Shown here: piece by piece, positions 33,463 to 44,214 of the stretch | How positions within the stretch are numbered: the first letter of the stretch is position 1 | Layout: each line of letters starts with the position of its first letter | Assembly: GCF_003018235.1 (NCBI RefSeq) | Contig: NZ_CP027437.1 | Source: Escherichia coli | Lineage (GTDB): Bacteria > Pseudomonadota > Gammaproteobacteria > Enterobacterales > Enterobacteriaceae | Direction: 5' to 3' (one strand) | DNA length: 64,000 bases | The notes under the pieces: generated by a model | Databases searched by the model: none | Told to the model about the DNA's origin: nothing | The model's input: the letters and a program-made list of their open reading frames with translations, nothing else | Program-made: the position numbers and the translations under genes

Positions 33463-34827
33463 ATGATTAGTGCATTCGATATTTTCAAAATTGGGATTGG
33501 TCCCTCCAGTTCGCATACCGTGGGGCCAATGAATGCCGGAAAAAGTTTTATTGATCGGCTGGAAAGTAGCGGCTTATTAACCGCGACGAGCCATATTGTG
33601 GTCGATCTGTACGGGTCGTTGTCACTGACGGGCAAAGGCCATGCCACGGATGTCGCCATCATCATGGGACTGGCAGGAAACAGTCCGCAGGATGTTGTCA
33701 TTGATGAGATCCCTGCATTTATAGAGTTAGTAACGCGCAGCGGGCGGCTGCCAGTGGCATCTGGTGCGCATATTGTTGATTTTCCTGTAGCAAAGAACAT
33801 TATCTTCCATCCCGAAATGTTGCCTCGCCATGAGAACGGAATGCGGATCACTGCCTGGAAGGGACAGGAAGCGCTATTAAGTAAAACCTATTACTCTGTC
33901 GGCGGCGGGTTTATTGTCGAAGAAGAACACTTCGGCCTGTCGCACGATGTCGAAACGTCCGTACCTTACGATTTCCACTCAGCAGGTGAACTGCTGAAAA
34001 TGTGTGATTACAACGGCCTGTCTATATCTGGTCTGATGATGCACAACGAGCTGGCGCTGCGCAGCAAAGCGGAAATTGACGCCGGTTTTGCCCGTATCTG
34101 GCAAGTGATGCATGACGGTATTGAACGCGGGATGAACACTGAAGGCGTGCTGCCTGGTCCGCTCAATGTGCCGCGTCGTGCCGTAGCGCTGCGTCGTCAG
34201 CTGGTTTCCAGCGATAACATCTCTAACGATCCGATGAATGTCATCGACTGGATCAATATGTACGCGCTGGCGGTTAGTGAAGAAAACGCAGCTGGCGGGC
34301 GTGTGGTAACGGCACCGACTAACGGTGCGTGCGGCATTATTCCGGCAGTGCTGGCTTATTACGATAAGTTCCGTCGTCCGGTAAACGAGCGGTCAATTGC
34401 CCGCTATTTTCTGGCCGCGGGGGCTATTGGCGCGCTGTATAAAATGAACGCCTCCATCTCTGGCGCGGAAGTCGGCTGTCAGGGGGAGATTGGCGTGGCC
34501 TGTTCAATGGCGGCGGCAGGGTTAACTGAACTACTGGGCGGCAGTCCGGCGCAGGTATGCAATGCGGCGGAAATCGCGATGGAGCATAACCTTGGGCTGA
34601 CCTGCGATCCGGTTGCCGGACAGGTACAAATCCCGTGCATTGAACGTAATGCCATTAATGCCGTGAAAGCAGTAAACGCCGCGCGGATGGCGATGCGCCG
34701 CACCTCGGCACCGCGTGTTTCACTCGATAAAGTGATCGAGACGATGTATGAAACCGGCAAAGATATGAACGATAAATACCGCGAAACATCACGCGGAGGA
34801 CTGGCTATTAAAGTGGTCTGCGGCTGA
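33463..34827 (+). CDS. tdcG: L-serine dehydratase TdcG (Fe-S)
   Basis: Start at [19 protein letters not shown] (454 aa); serine dehydratase alpha/beta family. Confidence 0.9.
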   Translation: MISAFDIFKIGIGPSSSHTVGPMNAGKSFIDRLESSGLLTATSHIVVDLYGSLSLTGKGHATDVAIIMGLAGNSPQDVVIDEIPAFIELVTRSGRLPVASGAHIVDFPVAKNIIFHPEMLPRHENGMRITAWKGQEALLSKTYYSVGGGFIVEEEHFGLSHDVETSVPYDFHSAGELLKMCDYNGLSISGLMMHNELALRSKAEIDAGFARIWQVMHDGIERGMNTEGVLPGPLNVPRRAVALRRQLVSSDNISNDPMNVIDWINMYALAVSEENAAGGRVVTAPTNGACGIIPAVLAYYDKFRRPVNERSIARYFLAAGAIGALYKMNASISGAEVGCQGEIGVACSMAAAGLTELLGGSPAQVCNAAEIAMEHNLGLTCDPVAGQVQIPCIERNAINAVKAVNAARMAMRRTSAPRVSLDKVIETMYETGKDMNDKYRETSRGGLAIKVVCG

Positions 34828-34850
34828 CATTACTGTCAGCTTTCATCCTT

Positions 34851-34878
34851 GGGTGCACAAATGTGCACCTTTTTTTTG
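34851..34878 (+). terminator. Rho-independent terminator of tdc operon
   Basis: GGGTGCACAAATGTGCACC hairpin followed by T8. Confidence 0.7.
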
Positions 34879-35101
34879 TGATCTGCCGCAAATAGAGAAT
34901 GAATATTCTCTTGCAGTTAATTTAGTAGAAAATTCTTATCCATCTCCGTTATTTCAAAGTCTTGATTGTGAAGATTTTCTCTGACCTCGCGCGTATCATT
35001 TCTTTATTCTAATAACTCGCCTGCAAAAACGTAGACCGCATATCGCCTTGATGCGGCTCGGAAAAAAATAATAAGCCCTACAAAATATTGAGCGAGAAAT
35101 T

Positions 35102-36433
35102 ATGGAAATTGCATCGAATAAAGGCGTCATTGCAGACGCTTCGACCCCGGCGGGTCGTGCTGGAATGAGTGAGAGCGAGTGGCGAGAAGCGATCAAATTC
35201 GACAGTACTGACACCGGCTGGGTGATTATGAGTATCGGGATGGCGATTGGCGCGGGGATTGTTTTTCTCCCGGTGCAGGTCGGTTTGATGGGATTGTGGG
35301 TATTTTTGCTCTCATCGGTGATTGGTTACCCGGCAATGTATCTGTTTCAGCGGTTGTTTATTAATACGCTGGCAGAATCACCAGAATGTAAAGATTACCC
35401 GAGCGTCATTAGCGGTTATTTAGGTAAAAACTGGGGCATCCTGTTAGGTGCACTCTATTTCGTAATGCTGGTGATTTGGATGTTCGTCTATTCCACCGCC
35501 ATCACCAACGATAGTGCTTCCTACCTGCATACCTTCGGCGTGACGGAAGGGTTGCTGTCAGACAGTCCCTTTTATGGTCTGGTACTGATTTGCATTCTGG
35601 TGGCGATCTCCTCACGCGGCGAGAAATTGTTATTCAAAATTTCGACGGGGATGGTGCTGACCAAGCTGCTGGTGGTCGCGGCGCTGGGCGTGTCGATGGT
35701 GGGAATGTGGCATCTGTATAACGTCGGTTCGCTACCGCCGCTGGGGCTGCTGGTGAAAAACGCCATTATTACGCTGCCGTTTACCCTGACGTCGATTCTG
35801 TTTATCCAGACGTTAAGCCCGATGGTGATCTCTTATCGCTCGCGGGAAAAATCGATTGAAGTAGCGCGGCATAAAGCATTGCGGGCAATGAATATCGCGT
35901 TTGGCATTTTGTTTGTCACCGTCTTTTTCTACGCCGTGTCGTTCACGCTGGCGATGGGACATGACGAAGCGGTAAAAGCCTACGAGCAGAATATTTCCGC
36001 GCTGGCGATTGCCGCACAGTTTATTAGCGGTGATGGCGCAGCGTGGGTGAAAGTGGTCAGCGTCATTCTCAATATCTTTGCTGTAATGACTGCATTCTTT
36101 GGCGTCTATTTAGGCTTTCGCGAAGCAACGCAAGGGATCGTAATGAACATCCTGCGTCGCAAGATACCTGCCGAGAAGATTAACGAAAATCTCGTTCAGC
36201 GCGGCATCATGATTTTCGCCATTTTGCTGGCCTGGAGCGCCATCGTACTGAACGCCCCGGTGTTGAGCGTCACCTCTATCTGTAGCCCGATTTTCGGCAT
36301 GGTAGGGTGCCTGATCCCGGCGTGGCTGGTTTACAAAGTACCGGCATTGCACAAATACAAAGGGATGTCTCTGTACCTGATTATCGTCACTGGTTTGTTG
36401 CTTTGTGTTTCTCCGTTCCTGGCATTTTCTTGA
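35102..36433 (+). CDS. cyuP: Cysteine/serine transporter CyuP (YhaO)
   Basis: 443-aa HAAAP-family membrane ORF, paralogous to TdcC. Confidence 0.85.
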   Translation: MEIASNKGVIADASTPAGRAGMSESEWREAIKFDSTDTGWVIMSIGMAIGAGIVFLPVQVGLMGLWVFLLSSVIGYPAMYLFQRLFINTLAESPECKDYPSVISGYLGKNWGILLGALYFVMLVIWMFVYSTAITNDSASYLHTFGVTEGLLSDSPFYGLVLICILVAISSRGEKLLFKISTGMVLTKLLVVAALGVSMVGMWHLYNVGSLPPLGLLVKNAIITLPFTLTSILFIQTLSPMVISYRSREKSIEVARHKALRAMNIAFGILFVTVFFYAVSFTLAMGHDEAVKAYEQNISALAIAAQFISGDGAAWVKVVSVILNIFAVMTAFFGVYLGFREATQGIVMNILRRKIPAEKINENLVQRGIMIFAILLAWSAIVLNAPVLSVTSICSPIFGMVGCLIPAWLVYKVPALHKYKGMSLYLIIVTGLLLCVSPFLAFS

Positions 36434-36460
36434 TTTACCTGAAATTTTAAGGTTTTTAAT

Positions 36461-37771
36461 ATGTTTGATTCGACTTTAAATCCGTTATGGCAGCGTTACA
36501 TCCTCGCCGTTCAGGAGGAAGTAAAACCGGCGCTGGGGTGTACTGAACCGATTTCACTGGCGCTGGCGGCGGCGGTTGCTGCGGCAGAACTGGAAGGTCC
36601 GGTTGAACGTGTAGAAGCCTGGGTTTCGCCAAATCTGATGAAGAACGGTCTGGGCGTCACCGTTCCCGGCACGGGAATGGTGGGGCTGCCAATTGCGGCG
36701 GCGCTGGGAGCGTTAGGTGGAAATGCTAACGCCGGGCTGGAAGTGCTGAAAGACGCAACAGCGCAGGCAATTTCCGATGCCAAAGCACTGCTGGCGGCGG
36801 GGAAAGTCTCAGTTAAGATCCAGGAACCTTGCGATGAAATCCTCTTCTCACGCGCCAAAGTCTGGAACGGTGAGAAGTGGGCGTGTGTCACCATCGTCGG
36901 CGGGCATACCAACATTGTGCATATTGAGACGCACAATGGTGTGGTGTTTACCCAGCAGGCGTGTGTGGCAGATGGCGAGCAAGAGTCTCCGCTGACGGTG
37001 CTTTCCAGAACGACGCTGGCTGAGATCCTGAAGTTCGTCAATGAAGTCCCGTTTGCGGCGATCCGCTTTATTCTCGATTCCGCGAAGCTAAATTGCGCGT
37101 TATCGCAGGAAGGTTTGAGTGGTAACTGGGGGCTGCATATTGGTGCGACGCTGGAAAAACAGTGCGAGCGCGGTTTGCTGGCGAAAGATCTCTCTTCATC
37201 CATTGTGATTCGTACCAGCGCGGCATCCGATGCGCGTATGGGCGGCGCTACGCTTCCGGCAATGAGTAACTCCGGCTCGGGTAACCAGGGGATCACTGCA
37301 ACAATGCCAGTGGTGGTGGTAGCAGAACACTTCGGGGCCGATGATGAACGGCTGGCGCGTGCGCTGATGCTTTCGCATTTGAGCGCGATTTACATCCATA
37401 ACCAGTTACCGCGTTTGTCTGCGCTTTGTGCCGCAACGACCGCAGCAATGGGGGCCGCCGCCGGGATGGCATGGCTGGTGGATGGGCGTTATGAAACCAT
37501 CTCGATGGCGATCAGCAGTATGATCGGCGATGTCAGCGGCATGATTTGCGATGGTGCGTCGAACAGCTGCGCGATGAAGGTTTCGACCAGTGCTTCGGCT
37601 GCGTGGAAAGCGGTGTTAATGGCGCTGGATGATACCGCTGTGACCGGCAATGAAGGGATTGTGGCGCATGATGTTGAGCAGTCGATTTCCAACCTGTGTG
37701 CGTTAGCAAGCCATTCGATGCAGCAAACGGATCGGCAGATTATCGAGATTATGGCGAGCAAGGCCAGATAA
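36461..37771 (+). CDS. cyuA: L-cysteine desulfidase CyuA (YhaM)
   Basis: 436-aa ORF of the serine dehydratase-like (UPF0597) family, immediately downstream of cyuP. Confidence 0.85.
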   Translation: MFDSTLNPLWQRYILAVQEEVKPALGCTEPISLALAAAVAAAELEGPVERVEAWVSPNLMKNGLGVTVPGTGMVGLPIAAALGALGGNANAGLEVLKDATAQAISDAKALLAAGKVSVKIQEPCDEILFSRAKVWNGEKWACVTIVGGHTNIVHIETHNGVVFTQQACVADGEQESPLTVLSRTTLAEILKFVNEVPFAAIRFILDSAKLNCALSQEGLSGNWGLHIGATLEKQCERGLLAKDLSSSIVIRTSAASDARMGGATLPAMSNSGSGNQGITATMPVVVVAEHFGADDERLARALMLSHLSAIYIHNQLPRLSALCAATTAAMGAAAGMAWLVDGRYETISMAISSMIGDVSGMICDGASNSCAMKVSTSASAAWKAVLMALDDTAVTGNEGIVAHDVEQSISNLCALASHSMQQTDRQIIEIMASKAR

Positions 37772-37790
37772 TCGCCAGGTTTTGGGTATC

Positions 37791-37824
37791 GTGCCGGATA
37801 AGGCGTTTACGCCGCATCCGGCAT
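37791..37824. repeat. REP element
   Basis: GTGCCGGATAAGGCGTTTACGCCGCATCCGGCAT, canonical REP palindrome. Confidence 0.55.
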
Positions 37825-37830
37825 CTGTCT

Positions 37831-37995
37831 TTACGCGGTAGCTTCATCCTCGGCTAAACGCGTTTCAGCATCCGCGACGATGGCTTCCAGCTCGCTCAAT
37901 ATCTCTTCATAGCCAAAATTTTTGGCGGTGCGAGCAGGTTCTTTCGCCACCACGGGCTTCACTGGCTGACGCTTTTTGGCCGATTTTTTACTCAT
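37831..37995 (-). CDS. yhaL: Small protein YhaL (54 aa)
   Basis: Minus-strand ORF M(M)SKKSAKKRQPVKPVVAKEPARTAKNFGYEEILSELEAIVADAETRLAEDEATA, below the track's 60-aa cutoff; read by hand. Confidence 0.7.
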   Translation of the reverse strand: MSKKSAKKRQPVKPVVAKEPARTAKNFGYEEILSELEAIVADAETRLAEDEATA

Positions 37996-38017
37996 CATCA
38001 TCTCCCTGTAAAAACAA

Positions 38018-38719
38018 CTAGACAGGCAAATCTATCAGCAAAGCGCGCAGTGGGGAATCGGCAACCAGCGTAATGTTAGCCTCGTCACGAATAAACGCCC
38101 CATCACCGCAGGTCAGCGCTGCTTTCTCTTCATAATGCGTAAGCGCATGAAATTTCCCGTGAATCGATTGTAAATACGCGCGTGGCCCATGCAACTGGAA
38201 ATTCGCACTTTCGCCTTTGTCGAGCACAATATGATGCAGCCATACTTGCTGGCGCAATTGCAGGCTTCCCATCGCACCCTCTGGCGAGGCAATTAATTGC
38301 TGCTTGTCCATATTAAGCGCCAGCTTTTGAATCAGCGGATTCTCTCGCTGCGGGCAGGCATCCAGCCAAAGCTGCATTCGCGTTAACGGTTTGTCTTTGC
38401 TGAGATTGTGTTCGCTATAGCTGACACCCGGCTGGGTAGAGAGCAGCAACACCTCACCAGCGCTGGCCTGAACATGATTGCCTTCGCTGTCGCGATACTC
38501 AGCTTCTCCATCCAGAATCACATTTAAAATATCGACTTTGGGATAGGTTCGCGGCTGAAAGGCGGCACCTGGGGCCAGCACTTCCTGGTTAAGCACGCGC
38601 AGGGAGGCATAGCCTAACAATTTCGGGTCGAAGTAGTGTCCAAAGGAAAAAGTATACCGGGCCTGCAACCATCCGTAGTCTGCTTGTCCACACTGCCTGG
38701 CAGTTCGGGTAGTAATCAT
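38018..38719 (-). CDS. yhaK: Pirin-like bicupin protein YhaK
   Basis: 233-aa ORF, divergent from yhaJ. Confidence 0.85.
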   Translation of the reverse strand: MITTRTARQCGQADYGWLQARYTFSFGHYFDPKLLGYASLRVLNQEVLAPGAAFQPRTYPKVDILNVILDGEAEYRDSEGNHVQASAGEVLLLSTQPGVSYSEHNLSKDKPLTRMQLWLDACPQRENPLIQKLALNMDKQQLIASPEGAMGSLQLRQQVWLHHIVLDKGESANFQLHGPRAYLQSIHGKFHALTHYEEKAALTCGDGAFIRDEANITLVADSPLRALLIDLPV

Positions 38720-38823
38720 AATTCTTGACCTCTCTTTACTTCCTTTTATGGTAAGGGGCTGGACGCTACATTGTTAGCCAGATATTCTGCCCGGTATGTT
38801 CAAATTTCCTGAATGAGAACGGA

Positions 38824-39720
38824 ATGGCCAAAGAAAGGGCATTAACGCTGGAAGCACTACGGGTTATGGACGCGATCGATCGCCGGGGCAGTTTTGCGGC
38901 GGCGGCGGATGAGCTGGGACGCGTGCCTTCCGCACTTAGCTACACCATGCAAAAACTGGAAGAAGAGCTGGATGTGGTGCTGTTTGACCGCTCGGGCCAT
39001 CGCACCAAATTCACCAATGTCGGGAGGATGTTGCTGGAGCGAGGGCGCGTTTTGCTGGAAGCCGCAGATAAACTGACTACCGATGCGGAAGCCCTCGCGC
39101 GCGGTTGGGAAACGCATCTCACCATTGTGACCGAGGCGTTGGTACCGACACCTGCCTTTTTCCCGTTAATCGACAAACTGGCGGCAAAAGCCAATACCCA
39201 ACTGGCAATTATCACCGAAGTGCTGGCGGGGGCGTGGGAACGGCTGGAGCAGGGGCGGGCGGATATCGTTATCGCGCCGGATATGCATTTTCGTTCCTCG
39301 TCGGAGATCAACTCGCGCAAACTCTATACCTTAATGAACGTCTATGTTGCCGCGCCTGATCACCCGATTCATCAGGAGCCGGAACCGTTATCTGAAGTGA
39401 CGCGCGTGAAATATCGTGGAATTGCGGTGGCGGATACCGCTCGTGAGCGCCCGGTATTGACCGTACAGCTGCTGGACAAACAGCCGCGCTTAACGGTGAG
39501 CACGATTGAAGATAAACGTCAGGCATTACTGGCGGGGCTTGGCGTGGCGACGATGCCGTATCCGATGGTCGAAAAAGATATCGCGGAAGGGCGGTTGCGT
39601 GTCGTCAGCCCGGAATCGACCAGCGAGATCGATATTATTATGGCCTGGCGTCGTGACAGTATGGGGGAAGCGAAATCCTGGTGTCTGCGGGAAATTCCCA
39701 AACTTTTTAGCGGAAAATAA
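38824..39720 (+). CDS. yhaJ: LysR-family transcriptional regulator YhaJ
   Basis: 298-aa ORF with LysR HTH. Confidence 0.85.
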   Translation: MAKERALTLEALRVMDAIDRRGSFAAAADELGRVPSALSYTMQKLEEELDVVLFDRSGHRTKFTNVGRMLLERGRVLLEAADKLTTDAEALARGWETHLTIVTEALVPTPAFFPLIDKLAAKANTQLAIITEVLAGAWERLEQGRADIVIAPDMHFRSSSEINSRKLYTLMNVYVAAPDHPIHQEPEPLSEVTRVKYRGIAVADTARERPVLTVQLLDKQPRLTVSTIEDKRQALLAGLGVATMPYPMVEKDIAEGRLRVVSPESTSEIDIIMAWRRDSMGEAKSWCLREIPKLFSGK

Positions 39721-39742
39721 TATTTATTATTGTTAATAAAAA

Positions 39743-39760
39743 GGGGCGAAATATCGCCCC
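39743..39760. terminator. Bidirectional rho-independent terminator between convergent yhaJ and yhaI
   Basis: GGGGCGAAATATCGCCCC hairpin flanked by A-run and T-rich tract. Confidence 0.6.
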
Positions 39761-39770
39761 AATTTAAATA

Positions 39771-40127
39771 TTAATTTGAACCAAATTTCGGATCGTTTCC
39801 GTAACGATTGCTGCCAGAATTGCCCTCTAAACAGGCAAATACAAACAGAACTAACCAGCCAATGATCGGTACCAGATAGAGAAGCGCCCACGCACCTGAA
39901 CGGTCAGTATCATGCAGACGACGAACGCACAGAGCAATGACCGGAATGATTGTTGCTGCCAGGTAAATGAGAGAAAGGAACGGAAACTCTAAACCTAAAA
40001 TCAATTGAATGACATTGATAATAGCGCCGACGATGGCGTTAATCAGAGTAAACATCCAGTACTCTTTACGACGTGCGCGACCAGAGAAACCAACATAATT
40101 TTTTAATACGGATAAATACCACTGCAT
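39771..40127 (-). CDS. yhaI: DUF805 inner-membrane protein YhaI
   Basis: 118-aa ORF MQWYLSVLKNYVGFSGRARRKEYWMF... Confidence 0.8.
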   Translation of the reverse strand: MQWYLSVLKNYVGFSGRARRKEYWMFTLINAIVGAIINVIQLILGLEFPFLSLIYLAATIIPVIALCVRRLHDTDRSGAWALLYLVPIIGWLVLFVFACLEGNSGSNRYGNDPKFGSN

Positions 40128-40368
40128 AAAAACATCCCTTTAATTAAAAGTGACGAAAGTTTATTCCGGGTATTGTGTAAATGCTATTCGTATCTTTCTT
40201 TTTCGGATGTTATAAAGGTTTTGATATTTAAGATAAATACATGATTATTTTTTATAGGTAATTTATATAACGACATTGAAATATTTTAAATAAACATTAG
40301 TAAATTATTCATTCATCAACATAATGATAAAAGCCGGATGAGTCAGACATCCGGCGAGCAGATTTGTT

Positions 40369-40734
40369 TTAAGGTTCCAGTTTTGGATCAGGTCCAAAGC
40401 GGTTTTCGCCTGGCGTACCCGCCTGGCAGTTAAAGACGATGATAATAAGCCAGCCGATAAACGGGATTAAGAACAGCAGTGCCCACCACGCCGAGCGGTC
40501 GGTGTCGTGCAGGCGGCGGAACTGAACCGCCCACCACGGTAAAAACACCAGAATACCGTAGATTGTTGTCAGGATGCCTTCGCCACCAGCGCGTTGCCAG
40601 CCTAACATTTTATCCAGCAGCCCCAGCACGAACGTAAAGATGATGTTGACCAGAATAAACATCCAGTACTCTTTGCGCCGCGCACGACCCCGGAAACCGA
40701 CATAATTTTTTAGTACTTTCAGATACCAGTCCAT
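40369..40734 (-). CDS. yhaH: DUF805 inner-membrane protein YhaH
   Basis: Start at MDWYLKVLKNYVGFRGRARRKEYWMF (121 aa); paralog of yhaI. Confidence 0.8.
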   Translation of the reverse strand: MDWYLKVLKNYVGFRGRARRKEYWMFILVNIIFTFVLGLLDKMLGWQRAGGEGILTTIYGILVFLPWWAVQFRRLHDTDRSAWWALLFLIPFIGWLIIIVFNCQAGTPGENRFGPDPKLEP

Positions 40735-40869
40735 TTTTGCCTCAATTTTGCTCAATCACTTGTTTTTAAAGCAGCAAATTAAGAATAGACGTGAATGAAA
40801 TGGCAGTAAATATTCGTTCAAGGAATTAATAAAGTGCCGTGAAGGCGCGCTAAGACTGATGACAAGCGC

Positions 40870-40975
40870 AAAATCGCCAGATGCGCTACGCTTATCTGGC
40901 CTACGCGGCATTGTAACATATTGAATATAAACGTTTTGTAGGTTGGAGAAGACGTTCACGCCGCATCCGACATAA
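40870..40975. repeat. REP-like palindromic units between yqjG and yhaH
   Basis: CGCCAGATGCGCTACGCTTATCTGGCCTACG and GTTCACGCCGCATCCGAC units. Confidence 0.4.
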
Positions 40976-41025
40976 ATAACACGCACTTAGCTAATAATCA
41001 GAGGCACCTCGTAAGGTGCCTTTTT

Positions 41026-42012
41026 TTAACCGAAGCGAACATCTCGTCCATGCGGTTCATCGAGATCCTGCCACGGACCAATTGAAATAATCCCCGTAGG
41101 GTTGATGGTCTTATGGCTGCGGAAGTAGTGATTACGGATGTGATCGAAATTGACAGTTTCGGCAATCCCCGGCATCTGGTAGATATCGCGCAGGAAACCA
41201 TACAGATTCAGGTAATCGCTGATGCGGTGCTTATCACACTTGAAGTGGGTGACATACACCGGATCAAAACGCACCAGCGTGGTCCACAGGCGAATATCGG
41301 CTTCGGTTAGCTGGTTGCCGGTCAGGTAACGATGCTGGCCTAAAATCTGCTCCAGTCGCGCCAGCGATTCAAACACTTTCACTACCGCCTCGTCGTAGGC
41401 TTGCTGGCTGGTGGCAAAACCGGCTTTATACACGCCATTGTTAACGGTGTCATAAATCCAGCCGTTAAGTTCGTCAATTTTCGTTTGCAGGGCTGATGGG
41501 TAGTAATCACCAGCTTTCGCGCCCAGCGCATCAAACGCGGTATTGAACATGCGGATGATTTCTGCTGATTCGTTGCTGACGATGGTGTGGTTCTTTTTGT
41601 CCCACAGCACGGGAACAGTAACTCGTCCGCTGTAGTGTGGATCGGCGTGGAGATAAAGCTGATACAGAAATTCATGTTGATAGAGCGTATCTCCGGTTGC
41701 TCCCGGAAAACTGTCATCAAAGGTCCAGCCGTTTTCCAGCATCAGCGGGTTCACTACGGAAACGGAAATAAACGGTTCCAGTCCTTTGAGTTTACGCATG
41801 ATCAGCGTACGGTGCGCCCACGGGCAGGCGAGTGAAACATAGAGATGATAACGATCTTTCTCTGCGGTAAAACCGCCTATGCCAGTGGGGCCAGGAGTGC
41901 CATCGGCAGTGAGCCAGTTACGAAATGCGGAAGCTGAACGTTGAAATTTACCGCCGGTGGATTTGGTATCGTACCAGGTGTCATGCCAGACGCCGTCAAT
42001 CAGTTGACCCAT
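41026..42012 (-). CDS. yqjG: Glutathionyl-hydroquinone reductase YqjG (GST Xi class)
   Basis: Start at MGQLIDGVWHDTWYD (328 aa), GGAGG RBS. Confidence 0.85.
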   Translation of the reverse strand: MGQLIDGVWHDTWYDTKSTGGKFQRSASAFRNWLTADGTPGPTGIGGFTAEKDRYHLYVSLACPWAHRTLIMRKLKGLEPFISVSVVNPLMLENGWTFDDSFPGATGDTLYQHEFLYQLYLHADPHYSGRVTVPVLWDKKNHTIVSNESAEIIRMFNTAFDALGAKAGDYYPSALQTKIDELNGWIYDTVNNGVYKAGFATSQQAYDEAVVKVFESLARLEQILGQHRYLTGNQLTEADIRLWTTLVRFDPVYVTHFKCDKHRISDYLNLYGFLRDIYQMPGIAETVNFDHIRNHYFRSHKTINPTGIISIGPWQDLDEPHGRDVRFG

Positions 42013-42081
42013 TTTTCTCTCCTCCAATAGCAAAAACGAGGAGCTTCCTCCTCGTTTTTTATCGTTAAGTATAGCGCGTGC

Positions 42082-42474
42082 TTACCACTTTTTATTCAGC
42101 AGGCGGTCGATGCTATACGCGCCCGGACCGGTAATTGCCAGTAGCAGGAATCCGCCAGAAATTGTCAGGTTTTTCATGAACATCAGCGAGTTGACGCCTT
42201 CAGCAAAGTTGCTGTGAAATAAAAATGCCGTCAGCAGCGTAAAGCCCGCAGTAAACAGGGCTGTGGTGCGAGTCAGGAAACCAAACAGGATTGCCAGACC
42301 ACCACCAAACTCAAGCAGAATCACCAGCGGCAGCATAAAGCCTGGGACACCCATCGCTTCCATATATTGTTGGGTACCCGCGTAGCCAGTAATTTTTCCC
42401 CAGCCTGCGGTAATAAACAGAATCGGCATTAAAATGCGCGCTACCAGTACACCAACATCTTCTAATTTTTTCAT
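42082..42474 (-). CDS. yqjF: DoxX-family inner-membrane protein YqjF
   Basis: Start at MKKLEDVGVLVARILMPILF (130 aa). Confidence 0.8.
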   Translation of the reverse strand: MKKLEDVGVLVARILMPILFITAGWGKITGYAGTQQYMEAMGVPGFMLPLVILLEFGGGLAILFGFLTRTTALFTAGFTLLTAFLFHSNFAEGVNSLMFMKNLTISGGFLLLAITGPGAYSIDRLLNKKW

Positions 42475-42660
42475 CATACTCTCCACTGCGCCACTCAGGC
42501 TGCTGATTGTTTTTTTGTGCAAGGGCGCGGTATTAGCGTCGTTGCTGTCGATGGAGAGAATCATAAACGTGGTGAATGATGATTGTTAGCAAGGAAAACT
42601 GTCAAAAATCTTCAAAAAATTTGAGGGATAAGGCCGGAATGGCTCCGGCCAGAGAGGTTA

Positions 42661-42960
42661 TTAACCGCGAAGCTGTTGCTGCTTGAGGGTCGTTTTAACC
42701 AGACGCCAGGCGCTCCATAAGCCAAAACCGCGTCTGGCCCAGCGGACCAGCATATTAGGATGGCGAATCGTCCAGATCGCCATCACGCTACTGCCAACCA
42801 GCGCCCAGGAGCGCAGACTTAGCAGCATATTCCAGCGACGATCGTAAGCGCCTGTTGCCTCCAGCCATTCACGACGACTGGCAGAAAGATCCAGCCGTTG
42901 TTGCTGGATCTGGCTAAGCAGTTGCGCCTTACGTCGTTCACGTTCGACTTTACTGCTCAC
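42661..42960 (-). CDS. yqjK: Small membrane protein YqjK
   Basis: 99 aa from GTG start (VSSKVERERRKAQLLSQIQQQRLDL...); overlaps yqjE 3' end. Confidence 0.7.
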   Translation of the reverse strand: MSSKVERERRKAQLLSQIQQQRLDLSASRREWLEATGAYDRRWNMLLSLRSWALVGSSVMAIWTIRHPNMLVRWARRGFGLWSAWRLVKTTLKQQQLRG

Positions 42961-43354
42961 GGGACTCCTCCTCGAGCAGCTGCCGATCGTTTGCCAGCTC
43001 ATGGCGTGTATGGCGCAGCAAGGTGGATTTACGCGATTTACGTAACGTCCAGATACCGCCAATCAGTGCCAGTAGCAGCAACACCACGGTGGTGGCAATC
43101 ATCGCATTCAGGCGATATTGCGGATCAACCGCCCAAATAATCAGCACCATCAGGCTCATAAGACCAAATGCAGCGAAAAGCATCGTCAGGCCCAGCATCA
43201 GTAAAAGTTGAAAGAGATTCGCTTTTTCCTCTTCCAGCTCCACCACCGCCAGCCGCAGACGTGTTTCCACCATTTCAACCATGATGGAAACAATTCGCTG
43301 CCCGATGCCCAGAACGCTTTTACCGGGCCCTTGCGCGTGATGAGTGTCCGCCAT
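42950..43354 (-). CDS. yqjE: Inner-membrane protein YqjE (DUF1469)
   Basis: Start at MADTHHAQGPGKSVLGIGQRIV (134 aa). Confidence 0.8.
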   Translation of the reverse strand: MADTHHAQGPGKSVLGIGQRIVSIMVEMVETRLRLAVVELEEEKANLFQLLLMLGLTMLFAAFGLMSLMVLIIWAVDPQYRLNAMIATTVVLLLLALIGGIWTLRKSRKSTLLRHTRHELANDRQLLEEESREQ

Positions 43355-43356
43355 AA

Positions 43357-43662
43357 TTAACGACGCGACAGCAGAACGCCGAGCACTACACCGATTGCAG
43401 CGCCAATGCCCACGCCCGTCCATGGATTTTCACGCACATACTCATCGGCACGCGCTGCCGCAACACGGGTTTGTTTGGCGATGGCATCACCGGTTTCACC
43501 CAGGCGATAACGGCTCTGTTTCAGTGCCTGCTCCGCTTTGCTACGAATCTTACTCAACTCTTCTTTCGACTTCTCGCCAGATGAGCTAAGCACCTCTTCC
43601 AGCGTATCGGAAAGGGATTTCAACTCAGCACGCAGATGTTCCGTAGTGTGTTCTTTCGACAT
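43357..43662 (-). CDS. yqjD: Ribosome-associated membrane protein YqjD (ElaB family)
   Basis: 101-aa ORF with C-terminal transmembrane anchor. Confidence 0.85.
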   Translation of the reverse strand: MSKEHTTEHLRAELKSLSDTLEEVLSSSGEKSKEELSKIRSKAEQALKQSRYRLGETGDAIAKQTRVAAARADEYVRENPWTGVGIGAAIGVVLGVLLSRR

Positions 43663-43699
43663 AGTTTTCTCCAGGTGAGTAAGTAGTGACTATTGTGAG

Positions 43700-44068
43700 T
43701 TAGTAGTCGCGCGCTTCCAGCTTTTTCAGCTCTTCCTGCGCTTCTGCCAGTTTCCGTTCGCGTTTGGCAATCTTATCGGCATCGCCTTTTTGCTTCGCCT
43801 CGGCTAAATCTTGCTGGCGTTCCGCCACCTCATCTTTCTGCTTTGCGATTTTCTTCTGATGATCGGCACGCAGCTGGCTATCTGAACAGTTGGCCCGGAC
43901 TTCACTCAGGGCTTTATTCAGACCGTCAATACGATTCTGGTTTTGGTGTTTTTCGGCATAGCTGATCTCCTTAAGGATATTTTGCTCCTTTTCCTGACAC
44001 AGGGTAGTGGCATAACTACCGGCACTAAGAGCAAAAAGAGAAACAGCTAAAGCGATGCGGTATTTCAT
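43700..44068 (-). CDS. yqjC: Periplasmic DUF1090 protein YqjC
   Basis: Start at MKYRIALAVSLFALSAGSYA (signal peptide), charged coiled-coil-like remainder. Confidence 0.8.
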   Translation of the reverse strand: MKYRIALAVSLFALSAGSYATTLCQEKEQNILKEISYAEKHQNQNRIDGLNKALSEVRANCSDSQLRADHQKKIAKQKDEVAERQQDLAEAKQKGDADKIAKRERKLAEAQEELKKLEARDY

Positions 44069-44214
44069 TCTTGAACCTTCCATTGTGATTCGGACCTATT
44101 ACAAAGGAACGATTGTCCAGACAACGAAGCGGTAGTGTTAACCACCGCCTCATTAATCATAGACAGTTACGGTGAAATCACCAAAGTCAGTGATATGTTT
44201 CGGATAACAGGAAG

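Noticed and set aside
36511-37296. 261-aa minus-strand ORF
   Set aside because: Antisense within cyuA; Ser/Ala/Thr-rich low-complexity translation
41002-41027. Plus-strand hairpin AGGCACC-tcgtaa-GGTGCCT followed by T7, as a terminator for a plus-strand gene
   Set aside because: No plus-strand gene ends nearby; it overlaps the yqjG stop and is more likely the (bidirectional) terminator of minus-strand yqjG, so not listed as a separate plus-strand feature
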